IMG/VR virus record: IMGVR_UViG_3300021431_000076
Span: 192,001-256,000 of that record
DNA: 64,000 nucleotides
Source: a virus
Lineage: Duplodnaviria; Caudoviricetes
Reading direction: 5' to 3' (one strand)
Shown here: positions 1 through 10,100 of the stretch, piece by piece
How positions within the stretch are numbered: position 1 is the stretch's first letter
Layout: each line of letters starts with the position of its first letter
The notes under the pieces: generated by a model
What the model was told of the DNA's origin: nothing
The model's input: the letters and a program-made list of their open reading frames with translations, nothing else
The model's database searches: none
Translations under genes and position numbers: made by a program

Positions 1-2
1 GA

Positions 3-1094
3 TATGATGTAAGTGTTTATATTGATACTAGAATCATAGTTCCTAAGTTTAGAGTACAATATTCTATTCCTATAGATATTCAAGTAGTTCCTTGGGTATG
101 TGCTTGTTTTGACGTAGATATAGATGTAGTAAATGAATGTATTTGGGAATTTGATGGTGATGTATCTCTTCCTAAAATAGATACAGAGGATGATATAGAT
201 TCTACTGTAACTTTATTACCAGAAGCATATGAAGATATAGATTGCTCTGTTACTATGAATAAATTAGCTACATACAGACAACTTGATTGCTCTGGATTCT
301 TAATCGGAAGAGTTATAGAAGAATTTGATATAGATATAACTACAGAACCATATGAAGCTCCTATATATGATTTCAGTGAAGATATTATGGATTGTGTAGT
401 TCACTTTGGTGGAAAATCTATATTTGATTTTGATATATCTGTAAAAGCTAAAGCTATTCCTTTATTTGATTTCAAAGAAGATCTTATTGATGGTATAGTT
501 CATTTAAGAGACTATAAGAGAATTGGAATAGTTGTAGATCCAAGATGGAACTATGATGCTTATGTATTCAAATCTTCTCTATTGACTCTATTTGATAAAT
601 ACTATGATAAGACTGTATTAGATATAGTTTATGGTGGTAATCCTAGATCAGATTGGGATATAGAGCATTTAGGATATGTATTCCATAATAAGCTTACTAA
701 AGTTCCTATTGTATTTGATCCTATTCATCCAGATCATACTAAAAGAACTATAGAGCATTATATCTATCATTTATCTGATACTCCTATAGATGTACCTATA
801 GCAAAAGTATTCTTATTTACAGATAGACCAGACTATATTGCTTCTAATCCATTATCATTAATTACTCAATTCTGTAAGGATAATGATATAGACTTTGCAA
901 TTATTACATCTAGTGGAGAGTTTATAGATTATCATGATAATCAAGCTTTCTCTACTACTAATAACCCATTAAGAACGGAACCTCATTCTGTTTTAGGACC
1001 TTTATCGGTTATACCTATGGATCATTTCAATAGAGTTGCCAATCCTAGTGATCCTAAACACCCATATTATCATCCTACTAAGATTATATACTAA
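3..1094 (+). CDS. 5'-truncated protein: acidic beta-strand repeats followed by a possible SLOG/DprA-like C-terminal domain
   Basis: Frame of the 255..1094 ORF is open back to position 3 (YDVSVYIDTRII...). Repeated D-[IF]-D-x-x-V strands. C-terminal RIGIVVD...DIVYGGNPRSD resembles the SLOG IVSGGAxGxD loop. Confidence 0.5.
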   Translation, partial: YDVSVYIDTRIIVPKFRVQYSIPIDIQVVPWVCACFDVDIDVVNECIWEFDGDVSLPKIDTEDDIDSTVTLLPEAYEDIDCSVTMNKLATYRQLDCSGFLIGRVIEEFDIDITTEPYEAPIYDFSEDIMDCVVHFGGKSIFDFDISVKAKAIPLFDFKEDLIDGIVHLRDYKRIGIVVDPRWNYDAYVFKSSLLTLFDKYYDKTVLDIVYGGNPRSDWDIEHLGYVFHNKLTKVPIVFDPIHPDHTKRTIEHYIYHLSDTPIDVPIAKVFLFTDRPDYIASNPLSLITQFCKDNDIDFAIITSSGEFIDYHDNQAFSTTNNPLRTEPHSVLGPLSVIPMDHFNRVANPSDPKHPYYHPTKIIY

Positions 1095-1100
1095 ATAACA

Positions 1101-1124
1101 AGGAGAGCTCATATGAGCTCTCCT
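1101..1124 (+). terminator. intrinsic terminator hairpin
   Basis: aggagagctc-atat-gagctctcct perfect stem right after the stop at 1094. Confidence 0.7.
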
Positions 1125-1156
1125 GTATATTTTGTAATCATTAAAAATTTTAAGCA

Positions 1157-1171
1157 TATATTATAGTAGTG
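1157..1171 (+). promoter_or_regulatory. early-type phage promoter TATATTAT-N6-G
   Basis: Exact match to a motif seen at 12 intergenic sites with an invariant G six nt after the octamer. Confidence 0.7.
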
Positions 1172-1487
1172 AAAGAATATAGGGGCTTTAGATGAAAACG
1201 TCGGCCCAGGTTCGGAAAGTGCAGCATACCCACGGTGGTAGCCTGACCACAAAAAGGGAGATAGCACTTGCGTGCTGGAAGGGAGGAGATTCCATTGCAC
1301 TAGTTTAATTAATTTAAAAGGAAACCAAAAAAATTAATTAAATGAAAATGAAAAATGTGAATCAAAAAAGTAAAAGAAAAAAAGAAGATTAGTTAAGAAC
1401 AAGCGTACTCCGTGAGAGCCGGAGCTGGAATCTTTATAGATTCTGGGAAAGGAATAGTTCTGATCAAACTATTTCTTTCTTTTTTAT
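1171..1487 (+). ncRNA. putative structured non-coding RNA (~315 nt)
   Basis: Bounded by an early promoter and a terminator (1447-1485). GC-rich multibranch fold with a candidate pseudoknot. No long ORF. Confidence 0.6.
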
Positions 1488-1501
1488 TTTATTCTCTCAA
1501 A

Positions 1502-1513
1502 GACAATAGAATA
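1502..1513 (+). promoter_or_regulatory. late-type promoter GACA-N6-TA
   Basis: GACA-atagaa-TA upstream of thyX, same spacing as the other late-type sites. Confidence 0.5.
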
Positions 1514-1545
1514 GCATTTATTCTATTTATAAGGAGAGGATCAAA

Positions 1546-2880
1546 ATGGCAGGATTCATTTTAGAAAAGTTCAAATCTCTTTTTTCTTCTAATAAAGATA
1601 AGAAGAAAGAAATCAAAGCAGAACAGGTAGATAGATCATCTGTTCATGTACTAAGTGTTTCTCCTAATGTGTATTTAGCATGTAGAGCTGCTAAATTATG
1701 TATTGGTAAAACAGTAACTGGTACTATTACAGATAGAATGAAGTACATAGAAAAAATAGTAGGTATGGGTCATGAGAGTATCCTAGAACATACCAATGTG
1801 GTTGCTATGATTATCTATTACAGTCCTATCTCTAAACCAGAGCAGTTTGCTGAAATTATTGCTAATGGTAAATATCTAGATATTATTCCTAAACAAGATG
1901 ATGAAAAAACTGTTGTTCTTATTGGTGGTTCTATTAGAGCTTATATGCATCTAGTAAGAGAAACAGATCAGAATAATATATACTTAGAAGATATTAAGAA
2001 GATTATGTATCAATCTATTGAGAAATGCTTCTTGAAATCTCTTATTGAAAAAGGATTACTTGATGAATCTGAATGTAACTTTATGACATATGCTACAGTA
2101 GATAAACATGTAGAAGATGATCAAGAACCATTACCAGAAATTATAGAAGATCCTAAAGAGAAAGAAAACAAAACTTCTGATCTTATATATATTACTGATT
2201 TTGATAAACTGTATAGAGATGTATTCTTACTCACTGATAGATATACTAAGAGAGAAGTAGTAAGAATGTGTCACTTTACATTCTTATTCCATGATATTTC
2301 TAGATCTTGTGGAAATCAGTTATGCAGACACCGTAATGGTATTACACAGGAATCTCAGAGATATGTAACTCATGAATATACTAAAGAGAAAGACTTTATT
2401 GATCCTATTAGAATGCAATTAGATGATAGATATAAGAATTTAGCTCCAAATCTTATAGAAAAATTCAATAAAGTAGACTTTAAGACTTATAAAGATATGA
2501 TTTCTGCTGGTATATTTAAAGAAGATGCTAGAGCATGGTTGCCAATGAATGTTACTACTAAGATTATGATGACATTCAATGGATTTACTTTAGCTAAATT
2601 CTTACATCTTAGAACTGCTAAAGGAGCACAATTAGAGATTAGAAATATGGCTAATGAAATGGTTCATCAGCTATTTACTAGTACAGAAGCATATATAGAC
2701 TTTATGGATACAGTATTAAAATTTGGATATGAAGATATAAAACCAGTATATACTCCTGATGCTATAGATGAGGAAATTGAAATTAAAACTGAATCATTTG
2801 AAGATTCTAAGATAGATGCAAATGAAGCAGAAAGACTTCTTAAAGTAGAAGAAGAATATAAGAATTTAGAAAAACATTAA
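1546..2880 (+). CDS. thyX: flavin-dependent thymidylate synthase (long form with internal insertion)
   Basis: GHESILEH motif; ISRSCGNQLCRHRNGITQESQRY; EDARAWLP; FLHLRTAKGAQLEIR. Confidence 0.85.
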   Translation: MAGFILEKFKSLFSSNKDKKKEIKAEQVDRSSVHVLSVSPNVYLACRAAKLCIGKTVTGTITDRMKYIEKIVGMGHESILEHTNVVAMIIYYSPISKPEQFAEIIANGKYLDIIPKQDDEKTVVLIGGSIRAYMHLVRETDQNNIYLEDIKKIMYQSIEKCFLKSLIEKGLLDESECNFMTYATVDKHVEDDQEPLPEIIEDPKEKENKTSDLIYITDFDKLYRDVFLLTDRYTKREVVRMCHFTFLFHDISRSCGNQLCRHRNGITQESQRYVTHEYTKEKDFIDPIRMQLDDRYKNLAPNLIEKFNKVDFKTYKDMISAGIFKEDARAWLPMNVTTKIMMTFNGFTLAKFLHLRTAKGAQLEIRNMANEMVHQLFTSTEAYIDFMDTVLKFGYEDIKPVYTPDAIDEEIEIKTESFEDSKIDANEAERLLKVEEEYKNLEKH

Positions 2881-2931
2881 CAAATGATTAGTCTTGTTAA
2901 CTCTATTATATATGAAAAAGGAGATTTCAAA

Positions 2932-3963
2932 ATGGAAAACACTGAAATCAAAAACGAACAGCAAGTCAATGAAAGAAAACCCTATTATCGTAAAAACAAC
3001 TATCGTCGTCATCAATGGAGAGAAAAGCCTCAGGCTATTTCTTATATTAAATCCTTTGATAACTTCAATGATGGTTTTACTGAAGTGATTCGGTTCAATC
3101 CTGAATTGAAGAACTATTGTGGTGATTTTGGTTCTTATGATGCAGTAATTGCTTCTATGACTAAAGCAATTAACGATAACATTCCTTCTCCAAACAATAT
3201 TAATTATCCTAATACTCTTTCTCTTAGTATTGATGCTAATGAGGTAGGATTTAAGACAGATACTAATATTGCTCTTGGTTGGAGAATACGTTATTCTTAT
3301 AAAGAAGCTAAGACTTATTATAACTTTCGTGTAACCTTCATCTCTGTTCCTGTATACAAGCATAGTACCATCTCTGATATGGTAGCAGCAGGTTGGAAGA
3401 AGCTTATTAAGAATAACAATCGTCAGAATCGATATTGGAATCATATTGAAGGGAAAGATAATTCTGAAGAATCCAATGAAGGTTTTAAAGTAAAAGAACT
3501 TATTGGAGAACAAAAGATCAATACTTCTCATCCTATGAGTATGCCTAAAGCATATAATGAAGATGAATATGATGATGTTGAAGATTCTGTAGCAGATCAT
3601 CAAGAACTTCATACTGTTGATAATACACCTGAAGAAGAATTAGTAGAAGCTTCTACTCAAATTGAATTTGATGATACTTCTATTGTTGAAAATGAATCTT
3701 CAGGCGTAGAAGATATTATCAAAGAAGAAGCAACTGAAAAGGTAGAAGAAGTATCTACTGGTTTTGTAGAATCTGGAGATGGTATTTCTAAAACTGCTAA
3801 TCCCAATGTATTTGTTGTTGACTACAAAGGTGAACGTCGTGTCATTAATGTAGAAGAAGATGATATCCCTTATGGTGATATGCTGATTGACAAAGAATCT
3901 GGAAAGATTAGCTTTGCTGACGGTACAGTTTTTAACTATAAAGACTTACAAATAATGCATTGA
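2932..3963 (+). CDS. hypothetical protein, acidic C-terminal half
   Basis: ORF 2884..3963; AAGGAG RBS favours the ATG at 2932. Confidence 0.7.
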   Translation: MENTEIKNEQQVNERKPYYRKNNYRRHQWREKPQAISYIKSFDNFNDGFTEVIRFNPELKNYCGDFGSYDAVIASMTKAINDNIPSPNNINYPNTLSLSIDANEVGFKTDTNIALGWRIRYSYKEAKTYYNFRVTFISVPVYKHSTISDMVAAGWKKLIKNNNRQNRYWNHIEGKDNSEESNEGFKVKELIGEQKINTSHPMSMPKAYNEDEYDDVEDSVADHQELHTVDNTPEEELVEASTQIEFDDTSIVENESSGVEDIIKEEATEKVEEVSTGFVESGDGISKTANPNVFVVDYKGERRVINVEEDDIPYGDMLIDKESGKISFADGTVFNYKDLQIMH

Positions 3964-4001
3964 TATGCATCTCCTTAATTCATAATAAACACCTCACAAC
4001 T

Positions 4002-4029
4002 CCCCCTAGAGCTTAATTGCTCTAGGGGG
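4002..4029 (+). terminator. terminator hairpin
   Basis: ccccctagagc-ttaatt-gctctaggggg followed by a T-rich tract. Confidence 0.7.
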
Positions 4030-4046
4030 TGTTATTTGTTTTCCGA

Positions 4047-4058
4047 GACATAGGTGTA
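4047..4058 (+). promoter_or_regulatory. late-type promoter GACA-N6-TA
   Basis: GACA-taggtg-TAAG upstream of the giant tail gene. Confidence 0.6.
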
Positions 4059-4105
4059 AGTCTAGACTAAATAAAAGACTATGAGAAAGGAGGAAATTGA
4101 TATTT

Positions 4106-7100
4106 ATGGCAAGCAATAGCATTATGGACTATCTTAAAAATGTTGGAGAATCTGTTAAATTTGCTGCTATTGAAAGTGTAACTGAAAAAACACCTAATTT
4201 ACGAAAAGTATTTAGTGAAAATAATAAAAAATATATTCAAGAAGTATATAAAGATGTTAATCAACATAGACAAGAACTAAATATGATTGATCGCATTAGA
4301 AATGCGACTGTTTTTAAACAAATATCTGTAGGTTGGGACAATTTAAAGGATTCCATTAAAACTGGTAAATTCAAAGATGATTCTAGAAGTACTGGTTTTG
4401 ATGAGATGGAAATGATGTTCGCAATGATGGGTGATGACTTCTTAGGTGGAGATTCTGATCTTATAGAATCTGAAATGAATGGAGAAGAAACAGGCTCAAC
4501 AAATGAACATAGAGTCCGTGGTATCCCAGAAATCACTAAAGGTGATGCTCTTGTTGCAACAGCATCAGCTACAGCAACTAGAAATGCAGCTTCTTCAATA
4601 TCTAAAGCTATTGTCAGATCTGCTGAATTAACAGATATGACAGCTAGAAAGTCCACAAATTTACAATTAAGGGCCCTTCAACAACAAGCAAACATTTTAT
4701 CTGGTGGTTTTCAACAACTATCTAGTTCATTGCATACCATAAATCAATTTAACGAACAAGTAGTTTTAACCCATGCTCAAAATTCTAGGATGTTTTATGA
4801 ACAAGCTACTCAATTAGCTCAAGAAAGAAATGCAATACTCAAAGAAATGCTAGAAATGCAACGTGAAACATTCGGTGCTACAATGAGATCTAATCTATCT
4901 TCTGATGCAAATGATTTGTCTAAAATGAGTAAAATCTTTGATAAAGAAAAAGGATTTGACTTAAGAGCATATATGAATCTAATGCAAAAGAGAATGAAAG
5001 AGACTCCTATCGGAATGGTAATGATGTCTATCAAGATGTTGCCTATGATGATAGGAGAAGTAGTTCAAAATCCATTGCATTATATTGCTAAGATGGGTAT
5101 AGATTCAATTATAGATAATAGTCTTAAAAAGGCTATATATAATATAGATCAATCAATAAGTGGTATGATATCTACTGGATTGACTAAGTTAGCTAACTAT
5201 GGTAAAGATAAAGCTACCAAGAATACATTACTAGGTCAAATAGCTGGTTTTTTTGGTCTACGAGATGAGAATACCAGACTATCTGCAGTAGATACTTCTA
5301 AGTATAATAAAGAAGCTATGCAATGGAATGGCATTGCTCAAAAAGCATTAGTAGAAGTAATACCAGGTCATTTAAGAAGAATAGAAGCTGCTCTTACTGG
5401 TGAAGCTGAAAGAGTTTTTGATCTTCAATCTGGTAAATGGTCTACAATGAAAAATGTAGCAAATGTAGAAAAAGATATAGATAGAAAAGTATTCAAAGAA
5501 ACTTTTTCTAAAGAAAAGAATCAACTTCTTAATATGATGAATTTCAATAGTAGAGAAGATAAACGAGGATGGATAAATGCTCTTGATAACTTCTTTAAAG
5601 GAGTTAAAAATAGAGGTATGATTGATTATAACCATATTAGAGAAAAATCTAGTGAATATGGTGATAATGAAAATATAGTCAAAGCTATAGCATATTTAAT
5701 ACATTCTGGTGGATTAGATTCTTCTCAAATTTTTAATCTTACAAATAAGATCAATGAAGGTAATGCTAAGAAAGCTGCAATGATAAGAAATTTAAACCCA
5801 TCTAATCAATCTCTTGTAACTGAAGCAGTTAATAATTCATATAATGCTAAATGGGCTGCTGGTACTGGAGCTCAATATAAAACTATAACTAATGAAGATG
5901 GTTCTACGAGAACTTATCAAAAAGCTGACAAGAATGGAAGATGGACTTCTTTACCTATCAATGATTTATCCAAACTTACTGATACCAGAGGATATACATT
6001 GTATGATTATCAATATAATATAATGAATCTTCTTATGGATATCAGAAGTGGTGGAGGTTTTGGTTCTGGAGGAGGATCTGGAAGAAATAAAAGGAGTAAA
6101 CAAAAAACCATACCTTCTACATTTGTACCAGTTCAAACAGGAAATCCATATGAATATACAGATGAAGAATTAGATGATTTAAAAACATCTCCTAATAGAC
6201 AACATGCTGCCAACTTAGTGCAAAAAGCTCAAGCTAAATCAGAATCTAAACGATTATTATTGCATCCAGACAAAAGTGGGTTAGATGAAGAAGTCAAACT
6301 TCCTTTCTCTATAGAAGATATAAAAAATGCAAATGAAGAACAGCTTGCAGCAATTATATCTCATATGAATTTTGCTGGTCAAACTAGTAAAGAATATAGA
6401 GCTAATAAGAAAGTAGATTCTTCTGGTGGAATATTTGGTAATCTTAAATCTGCTGCTAGTGGTCTAGGTATTGATAGTTTAGATAGCTTCATGGAAGATA
6501 TGCAAGAAGCCACTTCTATTGCAGATAAGTTCAATGTTGTTGGCGAAGCATTAAGATCAATGACTTCTGCTCCTCAAAAGATATTAACTTCAGTTCTTAC
6601 TGAAGCAGATAGATTTATGTATGAATTTATGTTTGGTAATCCTGCTGGTACTGAAAAGGATGAGAATGGTCAACCAATAGAAGGATTCTTTGGTAAAGTT
6701 ACTAATGAATTTGGAAAGACCATGAATAATCTTAATAATAAATTCAATGAGTGGTTCAAAGACACATTCAAAAAAGGTGCTGGAGGAATTGCTGGATTTT
6801 TCAAAGGAGTACTTGAAGATTATTTTGATATTGATATAGATAAAAAAGTTGAAAATGCTGAACGTCATGTAAAGAAATATGCAAATAAAGTCAAAAAAGG
6901 AGCTTTGTCTGCTGGTGCTGATTTATTTGGCATTGCCAAAGAAGCAGTATTAGGAACAGCTCAAGATATGGGTATTTATGAGCCAGACGAAGAAGAAAAT
7001 CAATCATCACCACCTCCTACTACTGCATATAGAGGTATTAGAAAATATGATTCTAAATATGGCTTAGGTATAGTAGGTCCTGGAGAAAAGATTATATCTC

Positions 7101-10100
7101 CAGGTAGAGGAAAAGTTTTAGATAATACTACTGGTTATAAAGGTTATCTATTACATGAAGGAGATTCTGTAATTCCTTCTTATTTAAATCCATCAAATGC
7201 AGGAAGAGGAAGAGTAACATCTCAATCTTTAGAATCTCAAGCAAGAAATGAAAATGCACTAAAAGACAGATATATGTCTGGTGGTTCTATTCCATTTGTT
7301 GGCACTTTTGCTCAAGGTGGAACAGTTAGAAAAAAAGTAGGTGGATGGATAGATGATCTTATAGATTCAGAAAATAAAGAAGATAACACTCCTGATTTAG
7401 ATAAGCAAAAGAAATCAAGAGGATTTTTCCACAACTTCAGAAATTGGCTTACTGGTTACAATGAGCCAGAGTTCAATGAAGATCAAATTAAAATGCAAGA
7501 ATTTATCAAAAATATAGTAAATAGTGCTACTAAAGCTGCCATTGAAGCTAATGGTGGTATGTTTGAAGATGAAGAATCAAAAGGAAAATCTATAACTCAA
7601 GCTGGCTTTGAAATGGCTGGTAAATTAAGGAAAAGCAAAGTCGATCTTAATACTAATGAATTCCAAGAAGCATTAAAAGAAGTTCTCGCTATGAGTGAGA
7701 ATATCAAAGATCCAGATTTTAGAGATACACTTCAATTTATTTTAAATACTGCTGGTTATAAAGGTGAATTTGATACTGTAGATGAATCTAAGAAAGTAAG
7801 AAGATCAAGAAGAAATAATCTATTTGTCGGTGTAAATCAATTTATGGATACTGCTTTTGGTATTGACTCTCAAAAGGCAATTAAAGAAGCAGATAAAACT
7901 ATAAGAAAGAATCTACCAGAACTTGCTAAAGGTGGTACTCTTGGTGCTCTATTAAGTACAGTTCTTCCTCTTGGTGGACCTTTAATGGGTGCACTTGTTG
8001 GTGCTGGTGCTTCTGTATTAACTAATAGCAAATCGTTCCAATCTTATATGTTTGGTTCAGAAATAACAGATAAAGATGGAAATGTAATAGATAGAAAAAA
8101 TGATGGTATCGTATCAAGAAAAACTGTAAAAGCTATTCAAAGATATATGCCTGATGCTAAAAAATATGGTATCACAGGTGCAATAGCAGGTCTCGTTCTT
8201 CCCTTTGGTCCACTTGGTGGTTTGATGCTTGGTGCTGGTGCTTCTTTCTTAAAGAACAACAGCAGATTCCAGGAATTCATGTTTGGTGAAGAAGGAGGCT
8301 TAATCAATAAGGATAGAAAAGAAAGAATCAAGAAAGCTCTTCCAAATATAGGTGTGGCTACACTAGGAACGTTATTCCTCGGACCTTTTGGTATCGTAGG
8401 TAACGCTATGCTTGGTGCTGGTTTAGGTATTTTATCTACCACAGAATCATTTAAACGTATTATGCTCGGTGCAAAAGACAAGAATGGCGTAAGACGTGGT
8501 GGTTTAGCTGATATTATTAGAAGACAAATTACAGATCCATTTAAGAAGACAATGGATGATGCTAAAACAAGATTAGCCGCTTGGTTTAAAGACGATCTAT
8601 TTAATCCTTTAGCTAAAACTATTAAACCTCTTGCTAGAGTAATGACTGGAGAAGTTAAAGATATAGCAAGAAAAGCAGCTGAGTTTGTTTTTGGCAAAAA
8701 AGGTGAAAATCAAAAATCAATATTTGGTAGATTAGGTCTCAAATCTGTAGATAGAATGCTAGGATTAGTAAGAAATGCTGGAGGACTTGGAGCCTTTGGT
8801 TTACAGCAAATTGGTAATGTAATAGGTAAAGGTGCCCATTGGGCTGAAAAGAATATTGGTCAAAAAATGGAAAAACGAGCCTTTAGAAAAGGCTATATTG
8901 AAGGAGATACTACTGCTCAAGAAAGATTAGATAGAGCAGAAGAATTAGGTGTAAATGCAGATGATGCAAATCAATATGCTCTTGGTGGTCTAGATAAAAC
9001 TATTGCGAATATTTCTGCTGGACCAGATTCAAAAACTAAATTACAAGATCTATCAACTGCTATTAGTATGATGCAAGATCATCTTAATGGTACTCCGCAA
9101 AACATTAATCGACAAATTGTAGCTGAGAAAGATAATATAGAATCAATGTCAGAGAAAGCATATCAAGATTATATGAGAAAGAATCCAAACGCTAAGAATC
9201 CTCATGATATGCATAGAACTATAGAAAAATTCATTAATAAGATGAATAAAATTGGTGCTTCTGATGATTTCGATTTAGAACTTTCTAAAGGAGAAATTGC
9301 TAAAGAATTAGCAGATTCTGATCTTCCAGAAGAAGTAAAAGATCAACTCATGGCAGTCTGGGAAGAATCTGGTTCTAACATAGATAAATTAAGAAAAAGC
9401 AAAGCTCAATTAAATATCAATGGTGGTAAAGATGCATATAACTATATGGAAAGAATGGCTGCAAATGCCCTTGGCTATGAAGGAGAACTAAGTGACGAAC
9501 AAAAAGAAAGAATTAAAAAGATTCTTCAAAATCCAAACGCATTAGAAGCAATAACTCAAGAGCAAAGATTAAATAAAGAAAAAGAAGCTAATGATGATTC
9601 TGTTAATTCGCAATTAAAGAAACAACTCGACAATCCTGCAGATCAACTTATAACAAATAATCAGGAATTACAGATCAATGAATTGCAAGTAATGAATACA
9701 ACTCTATCTTATATTTCTAATCTATTAGCTGCTACATCTCAAGAAGATAAAGATAAGATAATTCAAGAATTCCAAAAAACAATGGATAAATATAATGGTG
9801 TTGCTAAGAGTGAAAAATTACAGAAGACCATAGAAGAATCTAAAGCATATGCTAATTCTATAGCAGCTCAAAAAGACAAAGATGATTTCAATACTGATAT
9901 AGGAGCAGGAGCAAATCAAAAAATTTACAATGATAGAAAATTCAATAGAGAAAATGCTTATCAAAATGACAGATTTGTTGAAATTATCAATAGAGAAAGA
10001 GAAGAAAAAGCTTATCTTGGTGAAAACTTAGATAAATATATAGAATCTATAGAACCAGAAGTATGGAAATTAGTTATAAACGAATCAACGTGGGATAAAT

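Noticed and set aside
1203-1226. SRP (4.5S) RNA: caggttcggaaagtgcagc resembles the helix-8 consensus CAGGUCCGGAAGGAAGCAGC
   Set aside because: The stem around GGAA cannot pair (ttc/agt) and the flanks do not form the long SRP rod. These bases fit the alternative pseudoknot fold better. Kept only as an unassigned ncRNA.
1109-1300. 63-aa minus-strand ORF
   Set aside because: No RBS; it exists because of the GC-rich structured RNA on the opposite strand
1171-1487. tmRNA, RNase P RNA or tRNA
   Set aside because: Starts GGGGC but lacks a T-arm/CCA 3' end and the RNase P GAGGAAAGUCC core
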